Assembly: GCA_046754105.1 (NCBI GenBank)
Contig: JBHHVD010000043.1
Span: 1 to 26,114, forward strand
DNA length: 26,114 bases
Direction of reading: 5' to 3'
From: Candidatus Krumholzibacteriia bacterium
GTDB taxonomy: Bacteria; Krumholzibacteriota; Krumholzibacteriia; WVZY01
The translations under genes were made by a program, and so were the position numbers. Below, in pieces: positions 19,101 to 24,545 of the stretch. Every line of letters begins with the position of its first letter. The first letter of the stretch is position 1. The notes beneath the pieces were generated by a model that saw only the letters and a list, made by a program, of their open reading frames with translations, made no database searches and was not told the origin of the DNA.

Positions 19101-19307
19101 CGGGACGGCCACGTCAAGCTCGTGATCTACGACGTGGGCGGCAGGCGCGTGCGCACGCTGCTCAACGAGGATCGGATCGCCGATCACTACGAGATCGACT
19201 GGGACGGCAAGAACGGCAGTGGACAGTCGGTGGCCAGCGGCGTCTATTTCTACAAGATCGTCTCCGGCAAGTTCACCAAGACGCGCAAGATGCTGTTGTT
19301 GAAATGA
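10182..19307 (+). CDS. Giant (3041 aa) secreted multidomain matrixin-family zinc metalloprotease/adhesin with T9SS type A (FlgD-Ig-like) C-terminal sorting domain
   Basis: RBS AAGGAAGGA and signal peptide. Order: CARDB-like, 7 SBBP repeats, poly-Asp, CARDB-like, TSP3-like DxDxDG repeat, HEAGHLFGISH (12780-12812) with Met-turn STMF, Ig-like and IPT/TIG domains alternating with YVTN-like propellers, PVALGSF, and QNFPNPFNPTTTIRF...SGVYFY...KMLLLK. Confidence 0.92.
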   Translation: MKSRTKRLFALPGILLVVGALSLTSFPSWEDAVLAAAPANLAVVSLSGPPTAAQGSDIAGQVSLTIRNSGATDITGDFYIGFYLSPDAAITTADRLLVKGRKTFAGLPAGGTAVVPIDSLRIPMSTPLGGNFLGVIVDEYDRVAESNEGDNTASGPITISTTQPDSIVWVRQFGTTQQDHASGLSAVDSTALFVAGKTLGVLPGQAGGGGTDAYLRKYDASGAEVWTQQFGTAMTDRGAAVATNASAVYVAGGTDGSLPGYTNAGGFDAFVRKYDFNGVELWTRQFGTSVSDEATGVALDATGVYVSGFTTGTLPGETSAGGTDAFVRKYALDGTVVWTRQYGTPGIDEAFAVSVDATGIYVVGRTDGVLPGQSGAGAGDAYIRKYDTDGSELWTRQFGSSGSDDAFGIHADGSGAYIAGRTSGVLAGQVGAGGTDAFVRRYDLGGNVVWTRQFGTSLGDEACGVSVSAQGVCVSGFTAGGLPGHISAGSNDPFLVVYDIDGNEILSRQFGTANDDRSLAIASSPLGVHVAGYTSGTLPGQVSEGLDDAFTVFDDDDDDDDGDERNLKVVAFDGPASVSRGDSIGDRVTLSIINSGPKRIKRDFSVGLYISPDTTITLGDLFLTDGRVTVLSPMEPNEVRAITFPTGTALPDSAPTGNVFLGVVLDEFNDIEEEHAGAEDDNTAHVPVAVNADTDGDGVLDADDLCPTEDASFFDRDGDGCIDDIQSARHLEYWPPEDLPLPYFVHENGAPGIGDGSDFAALQAGMDAWSSIPGADVSASFQGTTTQVDAQAMDGINLITFDDPDFTFPAGVLAVGISTSFTVPTMFGGTLARPGQIVDADVLFNPTKSFRTATAGSGTDIESVTTHEAGHLFGISHSAVQTSTMFFVLPPDVGAATLEPEDESMMLKSYPSASALATMSRLTGTVRDGSDLSPVPGVIVYVISVATGDTVANDYTLPPTGTFEFLGIPDGDYDVAIHPLNGTSPIGFIGPQNINQLIFDQAVTTVVPEFWDLAESKNDDPTASDPVTVLAGTATHVDIITNVDETGPAVTQASPGDSELGVSIDAAVLVSFSEAIESGSVQGNFALTDTAAGQFIPGSAAVLEDDSTLAFLPSGNLSFDTVYELVLGTGLTDQFGNPLQAPFVLHFTTQSQPPVGITSLAPTHGPAGTPVTISGFGFEATLADNIVTFGGVSATVLSASPSQLVFEVPVNAAVGGTLVSVTNVPQAATSNELAYTVLPVDDVAKGFEAAVVSLGALPRAVDIVPNGSRTFIATNAGASVVVVDPGLTNYLSHTPIGIPGGLNAIAATPNGKFAYAVSRLNQKFYRINADPANGPLAVLDERGVGAVPRGLLIEPTGRRAFVTTDASEIQVWDINEGSATFDRQVGAIVSPPNLRARMATNPAGNLLLALSGVGKLLVFDLDLDSLVAEVNVGPDPRDVVVDPAGQRAYVTDEFGFATVVGLTSFSVVTDIPTGGNLRGGMITPSGNFLYAANRQLDILDVIDLREGSPTFRTVAADIAQRANPVDLTLSPDGIFAFSLSEAEQAMVVTGIGLGPTLRSLSRRAGPAGARLVLAGEDFTGDVSTTVSFNGTIAVPERTADSSLTVAVPAGAASGPVTVRVTNSSPPVEVSNAIFFEVLELPTPAGGLRLAAKAQPAGAPQLSRALAISPDGRMVAVGGDAGELFLLDADAASPTFNRFIGSAAPLSSPLADVAITPDGRRAFLLSEGEPFVPVVDIDRNSTSFASVVDSVDFSGGGSVIDRLRISPDGFLLLVSDPGITGVHVVDIRPGSPQENQIIATTPAADVPQNINGMIGEMEFHPAGEFAYLAVQDDDPAAILVMDVGLGSPAFGTIVHTMGLSPGAPVPQEVPISLSFTPDGSRCFVLTTQRTLSPNRTMLTLLTSAPGGVVSPVLELTQPFPTASAAADEHVHVSPRGDRAVLNVLGDGFSHLDITTSPLLTVLDQSAGALHQGAVDFDYSPEAARLYATGPAQDTVYVYDFTLAQELVEVSGDSLTGVINQTLPEPLRVKVINMTSGNPSAGVAVTFDVSTGGGSFATADPAVNPATQVVVTGTDGIAEVNFRLGPVVGDAAHSVVASSLGLTGSPITFIANALNDPDSLPLSVSGIIPVDGLAGVNITTAIQTTFSRSVDTSTVDTSTYFLRESVTLARVPAIVGFTDENRKLSLSPDSALEPGKTYSVVVTTGIISALGDALSAGATASFTTVPPPPLALSAVSPPSAAAKVGIVLSGTSFDPVPANNTVLFDAVQGVVTDAGCNFVNVNVPLLAATGDVRVVVGPDTSNALPFTVLAPSLSPADDVLGSVGTGSSTRSLAIIPDGSLAYGVSPDQGTVVPIDLVSLASLPSIAVGDNPFAIIINPDGTFAYVANFLSGTVSIIDVDPNSPGFNSVAGTLVVGANPIDLLITPDGDRVIVANAGSSDLSVIDSNNLSETFHSVLATVGRGTSTRSLSITPDGGLLYVGTDTGYIVLDALDFGVLASVGRGTSTRSLSITPDGTLLVVLTTEGDVDIVDIVPGSPSENQVLASVGRGTSTRSLSITPDGAFLWLVQDEADVILVVALDIANSVSALDPNTVLTPATLTPVDTIATGPDPAEVAFDPSGTGVAVVTNAGDNTMSILGVLADVFVQARPFTPAEPPFRDIRAAIELPASFNPNDIDLGTLTLNGLVPGTSKPPSFTDGDEDGLTEIHVEFDRVQYQNVVGQGDSVEVFVGGLVGGQEFSGTDFIRTFRPTLIFPNGEPTDTVFAGDMVDILWQAPSFSPIDAVDFWWTGNDGRTWNPIVTAAPPGTGALTWYVPGQPTDSARVMLVLYTNNDGLESIGAVMSANLFRIQHGTVPVALGSFVAVAADRAAVLKWRTHLEIDFAGFHVLRSDYRDFGYERVTPGLIPSSGRETGSSYEFRDTTVRPSRTYYYKLEEITGHGKGEIFGPFEFTYRAPFALDQNFPNPFNPTTTIRFTVARDGHVKLVIYDVGGRRVRTLLNEDRIADHYEIDWDGKNGSGQSVASGVYFYKIVSGKFTKTRKMLLLK
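10686..11840 (+). repeat. Seven SBBP-type beta-propeller coding repeats
   Basis: W-x-[RQ]-Q-[FY]-G-[TS] motifs start at 10686, 10857, 11025, 11193, 11361, 11529 and 11697 (Trp replaced by Leu in the last). The period is exactly 168 nt (56 aa) after the first unit. Confidence 0.9.
11841..11864 (+). repeat. Poly-Asp trinucleotide repeat (GAC)2(GAT)5(GAC)
   Basis: Read directly; encodes D8 followed by GDE. Confidence 0.9.
17130..17855 (+). repeat. Near-identical 20-aa propeller-blade motifs
   Basis: VLGSVGTGSSTRSLAIIPDG (17130), VLATVGRGTSTRSLSITPDG (17538), and VLASVGRGTSTRSLSITPDG (17658 and 17796). Confidence 0.9.
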
Positions 19308-19335
19308 CACGGCGCCGGGCAACCGCGCTGCGGAT

Positions 19336-19371
19336 GGCAGGCCGCCCCGGGGGGGGCGGCCTTGCCTTTAT
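19336..19371 (+). terminator. Intrinsic terminator-like hairpin between convergent genes
   Basis: AGGCCGCCCC-GGGG-GGGGCGGCCT 10-bp stem (19339-19362), extendable by GGC/GCC and followed by TTTAT. Confidence 0.7.
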
Positions 19372-19401
19372 AGAAATTGGGAAATGGGAGCTACGGGCCG
19401 G

Positions 19402-21054
19402 TCAGCGATTCTGATTCAATCCGAGGTTTTCGAGGGCACGAAGAGCTCGGGCGCGTTCCTCGCCGTTTGTCAATTCGACCACTCGTCCCCAATGCATGCG
19501 GGCCTTGTCCTTGTCGCCGCTACTCTCGTACGACGCCGCCAGCAGCTGGTGAAGTTCCACGTTGGCCGGTATCCGCTCTACTGCCCGCTGCCAGCACTCG
19601 AGCGCATCCTGGGGTCGCCCGAGGCGTGCAAGGACTTTGCCGCGGTTCTTCAGGAGATACGGTTCGACCTCGGCGTACTTCGGGTTCTCTTTCCGGGCGA
19701 GGGCGTCGTTGAGATAATCCCCGGCCTCGTTGACGCGGCCCTTGGCAATCAGTAGTGTACCCAGGTTGTTGTACGGATGGAGCAAGGTGGCGTCCGCGTC
19801 GATGGCCTGGGTGTAATACGTAATCGCCCGCGTCGAATCCGCCATCTCCAGGCGAATGTCGCCGAGATTATAGAGTGCAACGGCGTTCGACGGGTCGAGC
19901 TTGACGTTCTTACCCAGCAGGGAGTCCGCCTCCTGGAGTTTCCGCCTTCGCAGAGCGCCGGTTTGCTGCGTTCGGCTTTCCCGGTACGCCAGCATCCCGA
20001 GATTGTTCCACGGCTTGGCGTAATCGGGGTCCTTTTGGATGGCTTTGGCGAACTCCGCCCGCGCATCGTCGAGACGTCCTTCCTGCTCGTACTGGACACC
20101 GGTTTCGTTGTGGGTGCGCGCGGCCTCGCGATCCGGTTTCGCCGGTCCGCCCGGCCGCAGGTACACGCCGAAAACCACGCCCGCGGCCGCCAGCACCAGT
20201 GCCGCCGGCAGCACCACTCGCAGCCGGAACGGCGATGGCGGCTTTGCCCCCCCGAGGAGCCTTCGCAGCTCGTCCCTGAATGCGCTCGCGTCGGCGAAGC
20301 GCGCCTCCGGTTTTTTCTCGAGTGCGCGCTCCACGATTTCCCTGAGCCCTTCGGGAAACTCGATGCCAAACTCGTCGATCGCCGCCGGGGATGCGTTGGT
20401 GATCGAGTACATCACGGCCATCGGATGCTCGCCCTTGAACGCGAACTCACCGGTCAGTGCCTCGTAGAGGACGGCGGCGAGTGAAAAGATATCGCTCCTG
20501 GCGTCTGCTTTCTTGCCACTCGCCTGCTCGGGCGACATGTAGAAGACAGTGCCGAGACTCGTGCCCTCCTGCGTCAACGTTGCGCTCGAAGCCATGTGGG
20601 CGATTCCGAAGTCCATCAGCTTGACGAGACCGTCCTCCTTGACCATGATGTTTTCCGGCTTGAGGTCGCGATGGATGATCCCTTCCTGGTGCAGGCGGGA
20701 GAGCGCGTCGGCGATGTCGGAGACCCAGGCGACCGCCTGCCGCCACGGCACCGGGCCCTCCTTGATGATGTCACGCAGGGTGCGACCGGCAACCAGTTCC
20801 ATGGCCATATAGGGATGACCGTCCTGCTCGCCGGCGGCGTATACGGTGATGATATTGGGATGGTTGATACGGGAGCAGGCCCGGGCTTCACGGAGGAAGC
20901 GTTCCTTGCCGACGCTGGTCAGACTCTCCGCGCGGATCACCTTTACGGCCACGTCGCGCTCGAGCGTCGCGTCGCGGGCACGGTACACCTGGCCCATGCC
21001 CCCTTCCCCGAGGGTGCCGTCGATCTTATAGCCCCCGATTTCGTCCTTAGCCAT
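19402..21054 (-). CDS. Hanks-type Ser/Thr protein kinase with one TM helix and C-terminal TPR repeats
   Basis: Motifs LGEGGMGQVY, VAVKVI, HRDLKPEN, DFG, GTVFYMSPEQ and DIFSL. TM segment VVLPAALVLAAAGVVFGVYL, then about six TPRs (PWNNLG, ALYNLG, PYNNLG). Confidence 0.95.
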   Translation of the reverse strand: MAKDEIGGYKIDGTLGEGGMGQVYRARDATLERDVAVKVIRAESLTSVGKERFLREARACSRINHPNIITVYAAGEQDGHPYMAMELVAGRTLRDIIKEGPVPWRQAVAWVSDIADALSRLHQEGIIHRDLKPENIMVKEDGLVKLMDFGIAHMASSATLTQEGTSLGTVFYMSPEQASGKKADARSDIFSLAAVLYEALTGEFAFKGEHPMAVMYSITNASPAAIDEFGIEFPEGLREIVERALEKKPEARFADASAFRDELRRLLGGAKPPSPFRLRVVLPAALVLAAAGVVFGVYLRPGGPAKPDREAARTHNETGVQYEQEGRLDDARAEFAKAIQKDPDYAKPWNNLGMLAYRESRTQQTGALRRRKLQEADSLLGKNVKLDPSNAVALYNLGDIRLEMADSTRAITYYTQAIDADATLLHPYNNLGTLLIAKGRVNEAGDYLNDALARKENPKYAEVEPYLLKNRGKVLARLGRPQDALECWQRAVERIPANVELHQLLAASYESSGDKDKARMHWGRVVELTNGEERARALRALENLGLNQNR

Positions 21055-21091
21055 ACCTCAACTTACTACGACACGGGGGGTTGCCGCAAGA

Positions 21092-22063
21092 TCAGCGTTT
21101 TTCGAGTAGACGGTCGTATGCGCCCAGCGCTTCCTCGTTACGCCCGGTCTCTTGGTAGAGGTGGGCGAGGATCGAGTGCAGGGTCGGGTTCTCCGCGTCC
21201 ACCTCCAGGGCCTGGATCGTTTCCTGGATGGCGGCCTCCATCAGTCCGTAGTTGAAGAAGACGCTCGCGCGGAGAAAGTGGTAAGAAGAGGGACGGCTCT
21301 GGTCCTTCTCGATCCCGGCCAGAGCGACGCCCAGGGCGTTCGCATCCGCCTCGGCCAGGACCTCGAACGGTACCGCGTTGGTCGCTACCGGCGGGAACCG
21401 GAGCGGGTCGGTCGACTTCAGGGTCCACCAGTAGGTGATTCCCGCCCGCAGCGCAGGGGCCGAGTCTTTGTAACTTATTTCCGTCTTTCCGGTTACATCA
21501 GATTCCCACTGCACGCCCTCGTCGCTGTACACGGTGATCTGCAACTCGTCGGAGGGGTCGGAGGCTAGCCACCGGAACTCGGGGCGATCGCTCTGGACCC
21601 GGGTCTGGCACGGCGACAACGGCCGCACGTCCGCGTCGGCATCGGCCGATCGCAGCTGGGCCAGGGAACTGGTCCCGTCCGAGTCCTTGAGCTTGAGAAA
21701 ATTCTGCACGATCTGAAAGCTCTTCTCGCCGACGGGTGTCGCAGCCGCGTCGGGAGCGATTTTTTTCGGTCCCATCACGCGTGTGCTGCTGTTGGCGCCG
21801 ATCTGGATCAGATTGTCGTTGTGAAACAGGATCTCGGCCTGGGAAGCGTCCCCCGTCCGCACCTCGTCGCCCGTGCTCAGTGGCAGACCAAAAATGCCAC
21901 GAACGGCCCCGCCGCTACTCCTCACCACGGTGACATCACCCAGGCACGAGACCAAAACTGCAAGTGGTGTATCCGCATGGACTTGTGTCGGTAAATGAAA
22001 TCGGATCGGCAAGTAGACGAGGAGCGCGCTAATCGCCAGCCAGAGGATCGTTTTCTTGAGCAT
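21092..22063 (-). CDS. Exported FecR-like / DUF928-like / TPR protein, 323 aa
   Basis: RBS GGAAGG before ATG 22063 and a signal peptide ending QVHA-D. FecR-like segment GDVTV...LSTGDEVRTGDASQAEILF...IQIGANS; LSP...RPEFRW...PALRAGITYWW resembles DUF928; C-terminal TPR-like helices. Confidence 0.75.
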   Translation of the reverse strand: MLKKTILWLAISALLVYLPIRFHLPTQVHADTPLAVLVSCLGDVTVVRSSGGAVRGIFGLPLSTGDEVRTGDASQAEILFHNDNLIQIGANSSTRVMGPKKIAPDAAATPVGEKSFQIVQNFLKLKDSDGTSSLAQLRSADADADVRPLSPCQTRVQSDRPEFRWLASDPSDELQITVYSDEGVQWESDVTGKTEISYKDSAPALRAGITYWWTLKSTDPLRFPPVATNAVPFEVLAEADANALGVALAGIEKDQSRPSSYHFLRASVFFNYGLMEAAIQETIQALEVDAENPTLHSILAHLYQETGRNEEALGAYDRLLEKR

Positions 22064-22131
22064 TTCGGTTCCCTTCCATTCCAGCGTCGGGGCTACTCTC
22101 GCATTCGACAAACTCATAATAAGTACTGCCT

Positions 22132-22137
22132 ATTATA
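22132..22137 (-). promoter_or_regulatory. -10 box upstream of the FecR-like/kinase pair
   Basis: Perfect TATAAT on the minus strand in an AT-rich intergenic region; no convincing -35. Confidence 0.45.
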
Positions 22138-22212
22138 ACGTAAGTTGGTGAAAAAATGCGAAAAAACCGGGGGTACCGCGGCCGGCCGGGTCGCCCGCAG
22201 CGGGGGTGGGTG

Positions 22213-22965
22213 TCACTGGTTCGCGGGCGGCCTGAAGACCGCCGGGTCCATCGACGCCGTAAACTCGATCTGGGGGAAAACGACAGCCTTCTTGCCGTCC
22301 GCCGTGGCCTTGCGGGTACAAAAACGCAGTCCCAGACCACAGTCTTTCTCTTCCTGCCACAGGAATTCGCCCTCGTTGCCGCCTTCGAGCTTGTAGCGCC
22401 ACTTCACGACCTGTCCCTGTGGTGTTGAATAGAACCAGTACTCGTCGCCGGGCGTCAGCCCGACGTCGTCGAAGGCCAGGTGCAGGACGAGCAAACCGCC
22501 GAACGTCTCCGACGGCTCGTGCGTGAAGAAACTCAGGCGCGTACCGTAGTCTTCCAGCTTGGTATGGGCGAGCAACCAGTACGTGTCGTTGATGAAGACC
22601 CGGTAGGCGCGTTCGATCACTTCGGTCGCGTCCTCGAGCGCGGTGCCGTTCCGGTACGCCACGCCCTTTCGGGTCTCTACGTTGAAGTAGGCCTTCAGGT
22701 CGTCGCCGCTTTCCCGGTCCTTCATCTCCAGGACGTAGTCCCCCTTGTAACGGTCCCACGTGTGGTGCCGCGAGACGACGATCGTCCCTTCCTGCTCGAA
22801 CGCCCAGGTAAAACTCACGTACCGCGCCTTTGCAAAGTTCTCTTTGCCGCCCATGTAATCCCACACGCGGTCCACGACGTCCTTGGCGGCGTGTCCCGTC
22901 ACGAGTGAGGGGCACACGAGCGGCACGACGACGATCGCTATCGCGACCAGATATCTTTGGTTCAA
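22213..22965 (-). CDS. Exported hypothetical protein, 250 aa
   Basis: TTG start with AAGGAAG RBS and a hydrophobic signal peptide. Protein-like motifs MGG...HTWDR...FINDTYWLL..KLED.G...VGLTPGDEYWFY and GC-rich third codon positions. Confidence 0.75.
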   Translation of the reverse strand: MNQRYLVAIAIVVVPLVCPSLVTGHAAKDVVDRVWDYMGGKENFAKARYVSFTWAFEQEGTIVVSRHHTWDRYKGDYVLEMKDRESGDDLKAYFNVETRKGVAYRNGTALEDATEVIERAYRVFINDTYWLLAHTKLEDYGTRLSFFTHEPSETFGGLLVLHLAFDDVGLTPGDEYWFYSTPQGQVVKWRYKLEGGNEGEFLWQEEKDCGLGLRFCTRKATADGKKAVVFPQIEFTASMDPAVFRPPANQ

Positions 22966-23060
22966 TGTTCTTCCTTTTCTTGCGGCAGCCCGGCGCCGTC
23001 GAACGAAAGGCACGCCCCGCTTCGATACCCGGCGCGCCGCCCCGCCGGGCAAATTGGCGT

Positions 23061-23089
23061 TTGTTTCCGGGGGCGGCATTCATTATACT
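23061..23089 (+). promoter_or_regulatory. Sigma70-type promoter for the histidine phosphatase
   Basis: TTGTTT-N17-TATACT. Confidence 0.55.
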
Positions 23090-23146
23090 CGAAATCACGC
23101 AAGAACGCCCCCCCTATTTCAAGCGCGATGGCAAACGAGGAGCTCG

Positions 23147-23794
23147 ATGCAACGGATTCTGATGATCCGGCACGGCGAGTCCGAGTGGAACAGAGACGGC
23201 CGTATCCAGGGTTACCTGGACTGCGACCTGAGTGATCTCGGGCGCGAACAAGCGGCGTATCTGAAGGAACGGCTCGACCTCGAGAAGATCGACGCCGCCT
23301 ATTCCAGTACGTCGACCCGCGCACAAGAGACCGGCCGCATCGCGCTCGCCCACCGCCTGCCCATCGAGTCCCGTGACGCGCTGCGTGAAATGAAGCTTGG
23401 TGTGTGGGAAGGAGCCAACGCCGCCGAACTCAAGAAGCAAAAGCCGCGAGAAACCGAACTGTGGTTCCGGGCGCCGTCCAGGGTACGGATCGAGGGGGCG
23501 GAACCGCTGCGCGTGTTCCGGCAGCGGGTCACGCGCGAGATCGAGGGTATCCGAGGTCAGCACGAAGATGCCGGAGTAGTGATCTTCACGCACGGGGGAG
23601 TGATCTGCACGTACCTGACGAGCCTGCTGGGCCTCAAACTCGATGATCTGTGGCGGTTCAAGATCCGGAACGCCTCGATTACCAAGATCATATTTCCCAT
23701 GGGTTCGCCCCGTATCGAGGTGCTCAACGACGTCAGCCACCTTAACGGCGCGGTCCGCTACGCGCCAAATACGCCGCCGCAGCACCTGTTGTAA
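23147..23794 (+). CDS. Histidine phosphatase (phosphoglycerate mutase-like) family protein
   Basis: Motifs IRHGESEWN, LREMKLGVWEG, FTHGG and NASIT. GAGGAG RBS before ATG 23147. Confidence 0.93.
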   Translation: MQRILMIRHGESEWNRDGRIQGYLDCDLSDLGREQAAYLKERLDLEKIDAAYSSTSTRAQETGRIALAHRLPIESRDALREMKLGVWEGANAAELKKQKPRETELWFRAPSRVRIEGAEPLRVFRQRVTREIEGIRGQHEDAGVVIFTHGGVICTYLTSLLGLKLDDLWRFKIRNASITKIIFPMGSPRIEVLNDVSHLNGAVRYAPNTPPQHLL

Positions 23795-23805
23795 CCAACG
23801 ACACC

Positions 23806-24534
23806 TTATCGCCAGCGCTCGCCGCCACGCAGCCACGCCAGCCGGCGGCGCGCCATCAGCTTCAAGAGAACGATACCGCCGACGAATCCGCCGATGTGCG
23901 CGAACCACGCGACACCGCTACCCGCCCCCAACGAGCCGACACCGCTGAATATCTGGATAACGAACCAGAATACGAGCAGAAAACCCGCCGGTAGCACCAT
24001 GAGACGGATAAAAATGAATACGAAAACGAGTGTCAGGACCCGGGCCCGCGGGTAGGCGATCAGGTAAGCGCCGAGCACGCCGGCGACGGCGCCGCTCGCT
24101 CCGACGGTGGGAACGGCGGAGTTGGGCTGCGTCAAGACGTGCGCCAGGCCCGCCACGAGGCCGCACGCAATGTAGAACAACAAGAACTTCGCGGGACCGA
24201 GAAGATCCTCGATGTTGTTGCCGAAGATCCAAAGGTAGAGCATGTTGCCGAAAACGTGCAGGAAGCCACCGTGGATGAACATGGACGAAAACAGCGTCGC
24301 GAAAATGACCCGCGGACCCTCGCTGTGGAGGATGCTGCCGCCGCCGGCGGGGCCAACCAGGTCCACGCCATGGGTAATCTCGAACGGGATGACCCCCCAG
24401 GAGGCGATGAAAGCGTTTACGTGCGGCCCCAGCGCTACTTCGTACATGAACACGACGGCGTTGACGGCGATAAGGGCAATGGTAACGATGGGGAACCGCT
24501 CGGTGGGATTGATGTCTTTTAGTGGAAAGAACAT
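23806..24534 (-). CDS. Rhomboid family intramembrane serine protease
   Basis: Motifs SMFIHGGFLHVFGNMLYLWIFG, VGASGAV (catalytic Ser) and AHIGG (catalytic His). RBS AGGAAGG. Confidence 0.95.
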   Translation of the reverse strand: MFFPLKDINPTERFPIVTIALIAVNAVVFMYEVALGPHVNAFIASWGVIPFEITHGVDLVGPAGGGSILHSEGPRVIFATLFSSMFIHGGFLHVFGNMLYLWIFGNNIEDLLGPAKFLLFYIACGLVAGLAHVLTQPNSAVPTVGASGAVAGVLGAYLIAYPRARVLTLVFVFIFIRLMVLPAGFLLVFWFVIQIFSGVGSLGAGSGVAWFAHIGGFVGGIVLLKLMARRRLAWLRGGERWR

Positions 24535-24545
24535 CGGCCTTCCTG

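Noticed and set aside
10263..19322. Long antisense ORFs (10263-12527, 14648-16039, 16632-19322 and others)
   Set aside because: They are shadows of the giant gene caused by high-GC codon bias, with no recognisable motifs. The same applies to the plus-strand ORFs over the GT4 gene and to most short ORFs in the track.
5650..22210. Central block as a mobile element or prophage
   Set aside because: No integrase, transposase, tRNA target or flanking direct repeats were seen, and codon style looks like that of the flanks.
22151..22212. Intrinsic terminator after the 22213-22965 gene
   Set aside because: T-runs are present on the minus strand, but I could not find a clean stem directly before them.
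23147..23794. Histidine phosphatase as the cognate phosphatase of the kinase
   Set aside because: Hanks-kinase partners are normally PP2C-type. This gene is in a separate divergent unit and looks like a small-molecule PGM-family phosphatase.
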